Source of the DNA: Chrysomallon squamiferum
Lineage: Eukaryota > Animalia > Mollusca
Assembly (NCBI GenBank): GCA_012295275.1
Contig: CM022670.1
Span: forward strand, 38,626,001-38,690,000
DNA: 64,000 bases
Reading direction: 5' to 3'
Shown: positions 26,079 through 39,521 of the stretch, in pieces
How positions within the stretch are numbered: position 1 is the stretch's first letter
Layout of the letters: each line of letters starts with the position of its first letter
Position numbers and translations under genes: made by a program
The notes under the pieces: generated by a model
Told to the model about the DNA's origin: nothing
The model's database searches: none
Seen by the model: the letters and a program-made list of their open reading frames with translations, nothing else

Positions 26079-29000
26079 TGCTATGAAAAATATTCTTGTC
26101 TTTTTTAAAATTTTATCTTCAGTATAAAATTTTACACAAAGATTTGAAATTTCACACAATTTATCAATATTAAATGTTATTTTCACATCACATATTTAAT
26201 TCAGCAGCATTAAAATGGTCATGGTTTAATCACTGTTCAGTTTACAACAATTTCTTTTCTGAAAAAAACAACAGCTTTAAGTTTGGTTCCGTTTTACTGT
26301 GCACATATGTCATTCTTGTCTGCACAATGATAGACACCAGAACTTAATTTTGCATGTGACCTTTTGTTGATGTGTTTGATATTCCTATGCATGTATACGT
26401 GTATATATTTTTACTATAAGCTCCACATAAATTAATTGACACAGCATGAAATTATATTCTCTTACTAAGTCAAAATAATGTACAACTTTTATTGATTGTT
26501 TTTGTAGTTTTTTTTCAATGTTTCTTTCCATTCTCTCTGTCAGTATATGTACGGTTTTGGGTTTGCTCTTTCTGTGACTTTCTTGTGCACTTGTTTTGTC
26601 CGTAGACCTAGTCCTGGTAGCAGAGGTAGTGCTTCATCACCAAACACCAGCTCTAACAATGTTGCTATAACGTCCGGAAAAAGTCTGGGCAATTTCTTTA
26701 AAAAAAGAAACAGGGTTCGGCGCAGCAATACTATCGCTGGTACTCAGTTGTAAGTTGCTTTGTTAATTTTTTTTTGTTATTCTGAATGTACTGCAATTGC
26801 TGTACAGAGCTGGGTAATGTCTGAATTTTCAGCTGACCCAGTTAACACTGCATTAAAAATAATATTTATGTAATCGTGTTAAATGCACTGGGGTGCGGTT
26901 ATCTAACCTCACTGAGCAATTTACAAAATATTCAAACTGCTTGTAGCCTTTCAAGTAATTTGCAGAAACTAATCTTCTCTTTTCTCTTCAGTTTATTTTA
27001 AAAGTATGTTTATCTACATTATTTTTGTTTGACAATTTGTTTTCTGTTTTAGCATCTTTTGAAATAAATATTATTTATATATTTAAGAGAATGTTTATCT
27101 AATGAAAATATTTATGTGTAATTTTATACATTGCTTTGGGTTTCTAATTTTCTGTCATGAACAATTTTTTTCATAATTATGACTGAAGAAATTTGATATG
27201 GAAGAAAGTCAATAATGTTCATTAGTGAGCTACTTCTGAAACATCTGCTTTAGTATGTACTACAAATACGTTACAGGTCAAACATATGCTTCTACATTTT
27301 ATGTATTTCTATGCATTTAGTCTTTAAAGATTATTTATATTTATTTTTAAACAATTTCAGAACATCAATTCCAGAATTGAACAAAAGTCAGTCACAAACA
27401 CCAGATTATGTGGATTGTTTTGAAACAAACTACATAAACTATCTCCATGATGCTAGGGAATCTCTTGTTCAGTGTGCTACTGCTTGCTCACACTGGTCTT
27501 CTCCATATAATGGAGAAGTACCTGCTCCAGACATTTTCATGGAGCCTGTTGTAACTGTGAGCAAAACTAAAAAGGAGGGAACCCATTCCGATAGCATTTC
27601 AACAGAAGAATGTGAAAAAAAAAATGAAATAAAATCTGGTGCTGAAAACAAAGAATCCACTAGTGCCTCTAACCTAAAACTGATATCACATGGTAACACC
27701 ATTCTCTCTGAATCAGCCATTGATGTTTCTGTAAGTCAGGAAAAAGAAAATTCTTTGCGGAGTGAAATATGTTTGCCTGCTGATTCCAAAAAAACTCAAA
27801 ACAACAAACAGGTTTCAAGAAATCTGTTTCAAGACAGTTTCGATAAGTGCAATAATTTACTCACTGTAAATAACTCAAGTTCTTGCCCGGATCTTTCAAA
27901 ACTTTATAAGAGTCTGAGTGATGTTGATTCGTTTTTAGAATATTTAGACAATTTAAAAGACTCTGGTTCATCGCAGAAATCGTCATCAGAGTCCATTGAA
28001 GACATTCTTCAGTTCCTGGATTCACTGGAGACCGGAACAAACACTTCGCTATATGCAGCGTCATCCGACAACAGTACTGACGACATTTCCCATTACAGTG
28101 AACCATCTTCAATTGGTGCTGATCAGAGCAGCTGCTCTTCAATCCAGCTCACCACTGAATTCACTCACATCACACGACCTGCCAGCACAAGCACTCCGTC
28201 TTTCCTGCCTCTGAAAAGTTTTAAGGATATTTCCAGCTACGTGAACATCACAATGAGCGGTCTGGATCAGCAGACAACAGCTAGCAAACTGCTCCAGGAC
28301 CTGCCCCAGAGACATCTCAGTATGAGCATTCTGTCCTCCAGCCCTTCAGACAACATGTTACCCTCGCCCAGCTGGCATCCCGATGATGTTCCACTCAGTC
28401 TGACTAGTCCTGCTGTCCAAGCTGCAAATCGCAGTTTCACTCCAAGGTATCCAGACAGTCCACCAAACATAGGTAATTTATATTTTTGTACATTCAGTTC
28501 TGTTTTAAATAGATAACGATATTAATTTCATCTATAAGACTGCATTTAAAATTCCCACCATTTTGTTTCTTTAAATAAGTTTAATTTACTATTTTAGGTC
28601 CATTCTTGACTGCAGTGTTTTCAAAACTGGAGAGCATGATGCAGAATTCTCTCTACATGAATTTGCTACTGACAGGAATAGTAGCTCGTCTTGCTTCTTA
28701 CCCACAACCACTACTCAGATCTTTCTTGTTAAACTACAATCTTGTCTTCCAGCCCACAGTAAAGTCCTTGGTCCAGGTAAGCATGTATATAAATAACCTG
28801 TTGTCATTTTCATGTGTTAAACTAAATAAAGTGCCTTTCACTAACCATTTTAAATATTTTAACTTATAATCAGGAATTAAAAAATCTGTCCTTATTTCAC
28901 TAAAGTTTACAATTTTATTTTATTTGTTTCCATATTTCTGTTGACCAGTAATTCCATTTTACATATGTGCTGACAATAATAGAGGATTTTTAAAAATTAT

Positions 29001-29960
29001 TTTCCATCTTCATATTAGTTTTATAGAATTTAAATCTAGATATATTCACTTACCACAGACTTGAACAGCTATTTTTATTTCTGGTTTCCATAAGCTGGTC
29101 ACAAAATCTTGACATGTTTATTAAGATCTTTCATTTTTATCTGTTTATGGATACAAATTTTACTGATTTGTTTTTTTGTTTTACTTGATTCTTTTTAAGG
29201 TACTCTCGTCAGTTCGTCAGAAATTAGACATCTATTCAAAACAGGTTAAACGGTTCGACTGGCTGGTGATTTTAGCACGGAGGAATCTGATAATGAAAGA
29301 CTTACAAGAAATGAGTCCTACATCATCAGACAGGACAATGTATATTTCATCACCTTATGGGTCACCCATGACCAGACCTGGCAAGTCATCCCCAATGTTA
29401 GACTTGAAAGGTTTGATTTCATGTTGACAGTGTGTTTCTTACATACCTCTCGATTTTCTCTTCATCATATATTGTGTTCAACAATTTGCATCTCATACTG
29501 ATGTTTGTTGTTGATTTCTGTCACACTAATTTTTAACTACTACTGCTCAGTAAATGAACTTTTTAATGTAAATGTTTTTAATTCTCTTCTTCAGCTTGTT
29601 AGTATTCTTAATGTCAGAAGGAAATGTTTAATATTAATTATAAAATTAATGAAAATTTGTTTAATTTTGACAGAAAAACAACGGTCCACTTTATCAGATT
29701 TGTTCTTCAGAAGATCACCTTCCAGTCAGAAAAAAGGCCTCAAACCTGCCCAGTTGCAGAGAATACCAGTCCAGGGTGGAATGGGATATCGATTCATAAA
29801 TCGCAATGAAGATGAAATTCAAGAGAGACCTGAGGAGTCACTGAAAACATGGAATGCAGTTTATTGTGCAGTGGTCCTGGAAGAATTCCTGAAGGAGTTA
29901 GCTGCTCTTGCACAGGAGCATGCAGTGCTAGGAGTTGATGAAGGGTATAACAGCAGCTAA
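19359..29960 (+). CDS. FHIP1: FTS and Hook-interacting protein (FHIP1/FAM160A family, FHF complex subunit), about 1065-1129 aa depending on cassette exons
   Basis: Exons 19359-20108, 20495-20653, 21199-21285, [21796-21843], 24949-25116, 25390-25469, 25798-25962, [26606-26749], 27361-28472, 28598-28776, 29200-29410 and 29674-29960 have consistent phases. Family motifs include VFCNHWQQV, FLIFSLLIPYIHREG, FCPVLATGLSGLYSSLPRK, YPQPLLRSFLL and NAVYCAVVLEEFLKELAALAQEH. Confidence 0.93.
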
Positions 29961-32900
29961 TTGCATCCTTAGCTTAATAGTTGGCTGTAAGTCTGTCTTC
30001 CTTGTGCATCTTGGTGTCAGAGATTTCATTTAGCATTTTTCTGGCCGTTCTCTGTTTCAGAGATTAAAATATTTAAACGATTCTTACGAGTAAAAGATTC
30101 TAGGTAACAGATTATACCATATGCTTTAATGTGGTTTGATATTGCTTGGCATTTTCAAATTTATTTTTTATTTTATAGAAGAATATAATAATACTTAATC
30201 AGAATTAACAATATAAATACATCCACATATGCCTTCAGTGAACACTATACTTCTTGTATATTAATAAAATGCTGCTCCCACAACTTTTTCTTTTTAAACT
30301 TCATTTAGTGATTTATCAAGACTTACACAAATTTTTGGTTTATGTTACAGAAAGGTGGTAATATAACATTTATTTTCTACTTCAGTTTTGTAAATCAATA
30401 TCCCCTCCTTCATGTCCTCAAAACCCATTCTTTCTATGTGTTTTATTTTTTTAAATTTCACTCAAATTTTTGCTTATCAGATGCTATTTTAAATCTGCTC
30501 TTTTATTTTTTGTTTGCATGTTTTTGTATTTTAAATGAATTAATTTACTTGACATTAAAAGAAGAAAAAACCACTTCTGTAACAAATATTTTTTAGATTG
30601 TTACTCTAATGAAAAGAACAAAATATATAATTTAATTTTCATTTAATTTTGTATTAGTGACCAGTCTGAAAAAAAGATGATTAAAGATTGTTATCAACAT
30701 GTTAATAGAATTAAATAATTATTTACTGTGTATCTTTGTCATGTTTATTATTATCTGTTTGAAATACTTTGAAATTGATTTTATAAATTAATTTGTCTAA
30801 TACTATTAGTTTTCAGATTTAACTTTTGAAAGCAAATCAAAAATAAATTGAATTAATGAACATTAAAACTGGTGTAGACAATATTCGACAAAAAAGTACC
30901 TTTTAATTATTTAATTTAGATTTAATATAGGTATCCAGTAATACATTATATATGGTCATTAATTATATTAATTCATTAAAAAATATAACAAATTGATAAA
31001 TGTTAATTAATAATAATAATATATATTTTTTTAACTAATGCAATAAATATATTTTTATGTCTTGATCAAATCTTGATGTATATTTCTAGATCTTGTTAAT
31101 TTTATTTTTTTAATTTAATTTTTTTTTTTTTTTTTTTTTTTTTCAGGGCTCTGACTTGAAAATAAAGACCTGTTTGCACATGAAGTGATGAAAATTATCA
31201 TTTTAAAAAGAAACAAAGAAGAAGACATTTAATACCTGTTTTGATCATTTACTGTTTTTATCATATGAAATTTTACTTCATGATCTCAGTTTTATGTTTT
31301 TATTTTACTAAGTTAATGTTTGTTTTTGGTAAAGTTTGAGTCCAACTGATGTTCTGAGAATTTTATGAAGATTTTTTTTTAATCATAAAATTTGCTAAAT
31401 TAATGTAAGCCTCCCCTACAAAAAAAAAATAAATTTTTTTTTTAAAAAAAATGGGGGATTATCTCAAATAGCAGTGTACAGTTTGGTGAGGTTAGTACAC
31501 TGAACACAAAGATAAGTAAAGATTAATAATATATATAAAGAAATACTTTTAAATTTTAATTAATCAAGGAGATTGATAAAATTATTAGAAAATTAACTGG
31601 ACAGTTTATAAATATCTGTATATTTTTGGCCTTATGTGAAGTTTGTTTTATTAGAAAAGAAAGTTAACATAGTCCAAATTTAAGAATTTATTAACTATAT
31701 ATTGATATGAAAGAAAAGAATTCAGGGCATCATGTTCTTTTAGAAAACATGGATAAACTGTAGATGCCAGTTTTTGTGCTTAAATAGACATGTTTTTTTC
31801 CTCTTACGGACTCAAACTTCATTATAATTTACAAAATAACAAAATACCCTTCTTATTTGTCGATTTGAAACATTTAACAGATAAAGAAACAAATTTTATA
31901 GAGTCATTTACATAATTCTAAATAGTCAAGTTTTAAAAAAATGTGGGTTTTTAAATACTTTTTTTTATAGTTGGTAGTGAGACAAGCTTATATATATTTT
32001 TTTTTTCCTTAGGCTATTTGGGTTGAAGGATTTTCAGTAATTTTAATATCTAATTTATATATAATCATTTGGTAGAGGGAAATCCAGTAATTTTTTATTA
32101 GTTTTATATGTTCATTTAGAACAGAGATCTTGAAAATATATAACCAAGTAAGTGACAAAACCATCTCAAAAAAATATTGATTGATAATAAAAAATATATA
32201 TTTTTTAAATGTTTTACTACAGAAACATACAAATATTTTAAACAGCTTAATAAATTGAATTTAGAAAAGATAGGCGGCTTCTGTGGGAAAAAAAGATTTT
32301 TTAAAACTATTTAATGCTTGGTCACATTCATTTTTTCATTTTTTCATAGGTCACATTATTTACAGATTGTCCTTTTTCATTACCTTAGATTACATTTTTA
32401 GATACAAGTTCTTTTTATCTGAATTTATTAGATTGATGTATGAAGGACTTACAATCAGTGCATAGCAACTCACTAAATATATATATATATATATTTTTTT
32501 TTTTTAAATTGTTGAAATATTCAATTCAGTTCAATACACGTCTTAGTTTTATTGGCTGGTGACAGTATTTGTATTTTTTCATAATGATAGTGATAGATCT
32601 TATCATCATGTCACAGTAAGATTCAAACTTGATTCTCAGCCCTTCATACATCTAGATAATATTTTTTTTAAGTGTTTTGTAACGGTTTTAAATTTACCCA
32701 TGTTATTTTGTAGCAGTACTTAATATTTTTAAATAGTCAAATTTTTTAAATGGTACAACATTGTACCAGTTTAGTCAGAGAAAATGCTGTGGAATAAAAA
32801 CAAAAAAAATTGTTTTTATCATCACATTCAGTTAGATTTAAATTATTTCTTACTGAAGAGGTGTACGGGTTTCTTGAAATATGCTTTTTATTAGGAGGTA

Positions 32901-34633
32901 GTATTATTTTAACTCATTATACTGGAATTGTGGTTTTTGTTTTTATGAAAAATTAGGCCAGATACTAATCTCAAGATACATTACTAGTCACATGTACTTT
33001 TAAATTATTAACAGTTAATAACATTTTATTGCTCTTTAATTTTCTCTGTGATTATCTGCATAATAAATAATTTTAAAATAATAAAATTAATAATGAAATA
33101 TATATTTTTTATTATTTATTGTCACTAACATATTCAAAAAGAGTAAATATATTTAAAGTATTTATATAATCCAGTTTGTAATAGAGCCATTCACTTTTTT
33201 CAATATTTCTTCTTTTTGTAATGATATTCACATCCAAGATACATGCTTCAATTTATATTTAACCATTTGCTTATTTTATTGTCTACAAATCAGGGAAAAT
33301 TCTGTATCTCATTTCCTGAAATATAATGCAACTTGGCCATAATGAGCTATGTCCATTATTCTTCAGGAAGAGAAAGCTGGTCAATATCTGCTGTAACATA
33401 TAACTGGCCCTGATTAAATACATATTTTTTGTTTGCCACCATGCTTGGTTATTTTCTTATTTAAAGTATCCATATGATTCTTATTAATACAAATTATATA
33501 TATTCATTTAATCAGACTGATATTAATCTTTTTCAAAAAGGATTTAGTGAACAAATGTACTTAACAAAAAATGTGATTGCCTGATGCTGATGTGTGAGTA
33601 ATGTTGATGTAATTTACATACAAGACTATGACATATTATAATAATAAAAACATACAAGTATTGTAAATAATCCTTATCCCTTTGTAAATCAGCAGATATA
33701 CATGGTTTGTAAATTATTTAGAATTCTTTACACAAATCTATGCATTTAATAATATATATCATGTACGAATGGATATTGTAGTAGCCTTTCATATCAGTTA
33801 TTTTATTCAGATGAATAAAGAATTATTGGATTTTTTTGGTTTACATTCTTATCCTGCATTATTTCAGTTGGGCTCAGTAGATCTTTTCCTAACCGTGTGT
33901 TAATTTTCAACTATTATTTGATTTCTGGGTGTTAAAAATAAAATACAATGCAAGGTATGTTACAAAGGATGGATGTTGGGTTTAAATAAAACTATTATAC
34001 AACACAAAGTAATTATGCATATTGAACAGTTAGTAGGATAGAATTTTCAGAGATGAGGGCAAAGGCAAATTGATCCTTCTCCAGTTTAGAATAGACATTA
34101 CTTTGATTCAAAATAAGTCAATTTAGGCAACAACTTATTAGCTTTTAGGTTATTGATTAACAAAATTTAATATAAGAAACGTCTTTTCAAAATGAATTAA
34201 ATATTGCTATGGTAACCATATATAGTTGAAGTGAACCAACTGAAGACATGCAAACAAAACACTCCAAACCCCCAGCCTCCTTTGTAATCCAGCTTAATGT
34301 ACACATTTCATAATCCTCATTTCCTGCACTATTGTAATTACATTGTTTGAGTTACAAATACATGGTTAATAAACCAATTGTTCAAATTATTGCTTAAATT
34401 ATTTAAACTGGAAAACAAAAATAAAACAAAAAAAGTTATTAAACCCAGAAATAAAATGTGAGTGCCCACCTTCTGAAATCGGTGTTTGTTTTCTGTTTGG
34501 AATGCACATTTTACTTCTGTATAATACAAATATTACTTTTTCTGAAACCTGTAACTGATTGGAATGAATTGAGGTTATTTAAACTTTTTTAACGTAACAA
34601 CAAAATGCTAAAAACAAGATACACTGTAAAGTC

Positions 34634-34639
34634 TTTATT
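34634..34639 (-). terminator. RPS3A polyadenylation signal AATAAA
   Basis: AATAAA lies 18 nt after the RPS3A stop codon, as expected for a short ribosomal-protein 3'UTR. Confidence 0.8.
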
Positions 34640-34657
34640 TTAGCATATAGTTTTGTT

Positions 34658-37600
34658 TTAGACAGATTCCAAAACTGGTGGCTCATAACCTTCTGGTCTG
34701 GCAACAACTTCTCCAGTTTCTGTAACAACTGCTTTAGTGCTGGTTCCACCCTCTCCATGCAGTTCCATTAGCTTTCCAACTGAAAACAGTAAAAATGAAA
34801 TATTTCAATTTTTAAAAATAACATACACCTTCATTGTTGGGATGGGGAATGAAAAATAAAAATAAAAAATAAAATTAAAAAACTAGGATATACAGTCTGA
34901 GAAACTCAATGCACTGAGAACATCAAGCTTCTTTGTTTTTTGATCTCAGAATTGAGTAACAAAAAAGAATGTTTAAAAGATGCAAGTTTAAGAGAAGACC
35001 TTACCATCAAATTTAGGTTTCTTTAGGACTTTAACTTTTCTAATGTAAACATCGTGAAGAGGGTAGATGCCTTGACAAGCTTTTTCAATATCTTTTCCAA
35101 TGCTGTCTGGAATACTGCAAAAAGAAATTTTAAGTATTTAAAGTAGGCCTGTTTAATATTAACTTGAAGTAGCATGATTAAAAAAAAAACAAATATTTTA
35201 GAAAACTTTTAATTCCTTATTAACTGAATGGACTGCAGAAAATGGCTGACCAATATTATTTATACATCTGAAACTGATGGAAAATATAGAAGTTATTGTT
35301 TTAAAATGTATCTCATTCTTCTTCAAAAACTATGTAAAAAAATAAAAACTTACAGCTTGTTTACAACATCCTTCATGTCATTTGATGACACTTCACGTGT
35401 GATGATTTCAATCATCTTCTTGCGGATAGCTTTGATCTGTAAAAAAAAAGTTTTAAAATCTTTAGATCTATCGGAATGAAAGCAAAGCAGCTGTCTGACA
35501 ATATATTTTATAAGTGAATTTATGAATGATTCAACAGATCTGTCATAGCACAACTACAGAGAATCTAATAAATTGTGAAATAATTACTAGTTATTGGATG
35601 ATCTATTTTAGATGTTAAAGCATGCCAACCATGATGAAAATCCTGCAGAATATTAACCATTTATTTTTTTTAAATCTTATTATGCTTGTTTCTGATAACT
35701 GAGTAACGAACTTAAAAATAACTGAAAATGTGCATTTTCAGAAAAGTAACCACAGCAAACATTATTTTTATGTAAAATAAGCATCACTTAGCAGCTTTGA
35801 AACAAACTGAACACACCTGCATGTGCTGGGCATAACATGTCTTTTTCACTTGGTTGTTTCGCTTCTTTGTGAATCCAATACAAAACATACGCAGCAAGTA
35901 TCCGTCTGTTGTTTTGACATCAACGTGAGCTTGAATCAGAGTCTTAAAGGAGAGAGAAAAACAACAGACTTATTATTTGTTGACCAAAACACAGTTCAAC
36001 GATTCTCTGGCTTTAAATAGAGACATATGTATGCATATTAAAATGTAAATACAATATACTACATTTGTTCATTTGTCACAATATAAAAATCGATTGTACC
36101 TAAATATTAATCTAAAAAAGAAGATATTGTACCTGCCACTTTTTGACCATGGAACAGAGTTTGTCACGAGTTAGATCCATTCCATGAAAATTTGTAAGCA
36201 CATTCCTGCCCTGAACCTCTTCAGCTATCAGTTTAAATTTGCGGAAAGTCACTTCATCATTTTGAAGATCAGCTAAAGACACCTCAAAGACTCTTCCTTT
36301 TAAACCATCTGAGGCAATTTCTGAAAATTATAAAATTATAAAAATTCAAAAATTGAATATTTTTATAATTTCTAACCACTCTCCAGTCTGTCTGGGAATA
36401 AGTTCTTAATGTTTATATAACAGTTTGTCATTCTGATTATACAGCATGATTGTGGTTTCTGAATGTTATTCAATACCAGGATATTAGATAATGCTGTGTA
36501 CAATTTAATTTTCAAATCATCTTTGAAATATATTATAATAAAAAATGTACCAAAAGCTATATTCATAAAATTTCAAAGTTTCACATCTGGAACTGGAAGT
36601 GGGTGAGTTAGAACATATAAGGTATACTGAAGATAACTGTGCTTAAATTATTACAGTATCTTAACTAAAACCAGAGTTACAGTGATTAATGTCAGTCAAT
36701 TTTGGTCCATTATTTCAGTGCTTTTTCATTAATCAACCTGGTTCAGTATTTAGATTTTTGGGAAAAAATTCTGTTAAAAATGTTGATATTTTTGATCCGA
36801 TTCAATTCAAACTTGGCCATTAAGGTGATTTATTCAAGGAATCCAACGAAAGAGGTCAAATTCCTCCAATTACTAACCAAAGTTATTATAGTTACCATAG
36901 CAACCATTCCTAAAAGTTTGAAAATGTGTATTTTTGTCTTGAAGACAATATTTCCCCTAAAATGTTAAAGAAACTGCTTAAATGAAAGTATTTTGGGCAA
37001 GAAACATCATATGGTTCATCCTCATTAAGAAAAACATTAATAACACAATTTTGTATCATTTTAATTTAAGAATTTTGTTTTTAAATAATATGTTGGGGGC
37101 CATTTCTCTGGCAATTTCAGTTGTAAAACTGCTGCAATGAAAAATTAAAAAAAATAATTAAAAGAACATCCATAACAACTTAATTCCACTGAATTGTCAT
37201 ATTGCCAATATACATATCCATCAGAATTTCGTCAGTTTGAAGACAGAATATCTTATCTGTCTCATCCTTGTCATGATCATACCAAAATTGAAATTCAGCG
37301 CATTTCTTCTTTCTATCCACCATTGATTTAACCACCCTCCCCACAATAATCCCTTCACTTCTGAATAAATGATTGTCCAATGAGAACATCAGGGTTCATA
37401 AGATGTTGGGACTGCTCGTCTAGGATTGGACAGTATCAGTTTTTCTAGCTGGTCTTCAAGTTCGGAATTACCTGCCTTGGAATATGGCACCCTTGACACA
37501 CACATTTCTGAGGAGTTTATGTCTGACATGTATATTTGCAGTTTCAGCACTTTTACTTTCTTTAGATAGCTCAACTGTAGTAGTTTCAACTCTGCCAGTT

Positions 37601-39506
37601 TCTTACACATTTCTCTGTCAGCAAGGGCATAAAATTCATGTAATTTTACAATTTCCTTCAAGGCATTCATTTCATGTCGCAACTGTTTAATGATACATTA
37701 TGTGATGCTTTCACTTGCTTTAATAGGACAAAGTATTTGGCTTTCCATAATTTTGAACTGTCTACCTTCCTGCTGAACTACAAACTGTGAGGGTGTCACT
37801 ACTCTTGGAAACTGCCTACATATTATGTTTGATCTTGTCGAGTTCTTCCCCCTTCATTAATATGGATTGTTCTTTTGAAAATTCTCTTCATTCCACATCA
37901 CTTATTTTTTACTTCATTAAATTCCTTTCCAAAGCTGGCTAGAGTCTGCCACTGCTACAGAACATGTTCTTTGAGAGGAAAAGAGCCATGCATCTACTCA
38001 ACAACAGGCCGATTTTGATACCAGGAAGCACGTTTCAAGCAATTTTTCAGCAACCTCTCCCACACTTTTTTAATACTTCTGAAACTGCTCTGCAATATAT
38101 ACAGTTTTATTTCATTACACTGAAATAATGAAGTTACCAAATCTGTTAGAATGGCCCATGAAATATTTTTTCCATTTGTTTTTATCAGAGAAAAAAGTGC
38201 CAGACAAATTTCATTTGTGAACTGGTCTGAACATCGAGCACGGAATCTAAGGATTTCATCAGCCATTATGATTATACACTTGAAAATAAAAAATGCAAGG
38301 TTAAATTTTCGTTTTAATACAATAGAAAAAATGCTATATAAAATCAAACAAGAGTGCAGTGGGAAAATTACCCCCTCTGATATTCATTATACGTCAGCTA
38401 AAAACAACAGCTGGGAATAGGCCTAGATTTAAAATAATTTACACTTCATAAGACAATATATATATATATATATATGAAATAATTTGTTTTTCTCACCAGA
38501 AGTCACTTTGATGGGGTTTACATGCTAAAACAAGAGCAGGAAATAGCATTTGCACAGCTTGTGGATCTATTTTAATATGTGACCTAGTTTAGCATGCTGA
38601 ACAAAATGACAGCCATTGAAAACAAAGCAGCACGCCTAGCAGATGTGGATGTACCTGTTTTTGTATTTTTATCCATACCAATCATGCACATTTTTTTATA
38701 ATTTCTCAAGATATGTAGAGACATTTCTACTATGTAAACTCTGAATGCTCAAGTTTATGTGGAGACTGATTAATATAAGTTAACAATCAAACCACAACTA
38801 TAGATGTTCGTTTTATTTTTCAGTACAAATTTCCCACATCAGTTATTTCAGCATTTACTTACTTGTGCCCTGAGTTCTTGAAACAAGAGTCTTGCCAATC
38901 TGTCTAACAGCGAACATAGACGGTGCCTTTACATCGTACCAATCTTTTTTGGAAAATGGGTCTACCCTGAAAATTAAAACATCAGAATGACAAAAGCATC
39001 GTAAAACCAGTGAAATTTTAGAAAATGCAGCAAAATTAAAATTACATGTTTAATGAATGTGAAGTCAGGGCACTATTAATCATTAACTAATTAACGTGAA
39101 AGTTGATTAAAGAACATTAAGTACACCGTAAACAGTCACAGACTGACACCTGCACTTCCCATGCTAGGAGACGAAGATACCATAGTATAATAATTTAAAT
39201 ACTATTTTACCAACTTAGTGATATTTCTAATGATTCTATTAAATTGCATTTATTTTGTCTGAAATAAAGTCATTATTAGCTATTAGTATTATGGTCTTAC
39301 TAACATAAACATTCACATGGTATAGTACTTCCGTTTTGGAAATCCACAAAAATCAATCTTATTTCGTGACATCAATATTTTACAAAACACAGATAATATT
39401 AATTAGTATTGGTTTACTGAATTTATAATGGATATACTACGTACACCTTCTTCTTGGCACCCTTCTTGCCACCTTTCGTCAGTCGTTTATTTTTTCCGAC
39501 CGCCAT
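34658..39506 (-). CDS. RPS3A: 40S ribosomal protein S3a (eS1), 264 aa, 7 coding exons
   Basis: Exons 39506-39445, 38966-38863, 36320-36133, 35942-35817, 35436-35354, 35114-35005 and 34779-34658 total 795 nt. The translation runs [36 protein letters not shown]...YEPPVLESV. Confidence 0.97.
37180..38347 (-). mobile_element. Decayed transposon-like coding remnant inside RPS3A intron 2
   Basis: Three collinear minus-strand ORF pieces (37994-38347, 37389-37682, 37180-37389) have protein-like composition and are broken by stops or frameshifts. They enlarge this intron to 2.5 kb while the other RPS3A introns are under 0.5 kb. The family is not identifiable by eye. Confidence 0.5.
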
Positions 39507-39521
39507 GATGGCCAATTTAGA

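Noticed and set aside
27469-28470. Antisense and alternative-frame ORFs over the large FHIP1 exon
   Set aside because: They are shadow ORFs of the real Ser-rich coding exon.
35631-35695. ATGATGA...CTGA C/D-box-like pair in an RPS3A intron
   Set aside because: It is antisense to the host gene, and no sense-strand SNORD73-like snoRNA could be recognised in any RPS3A intron.
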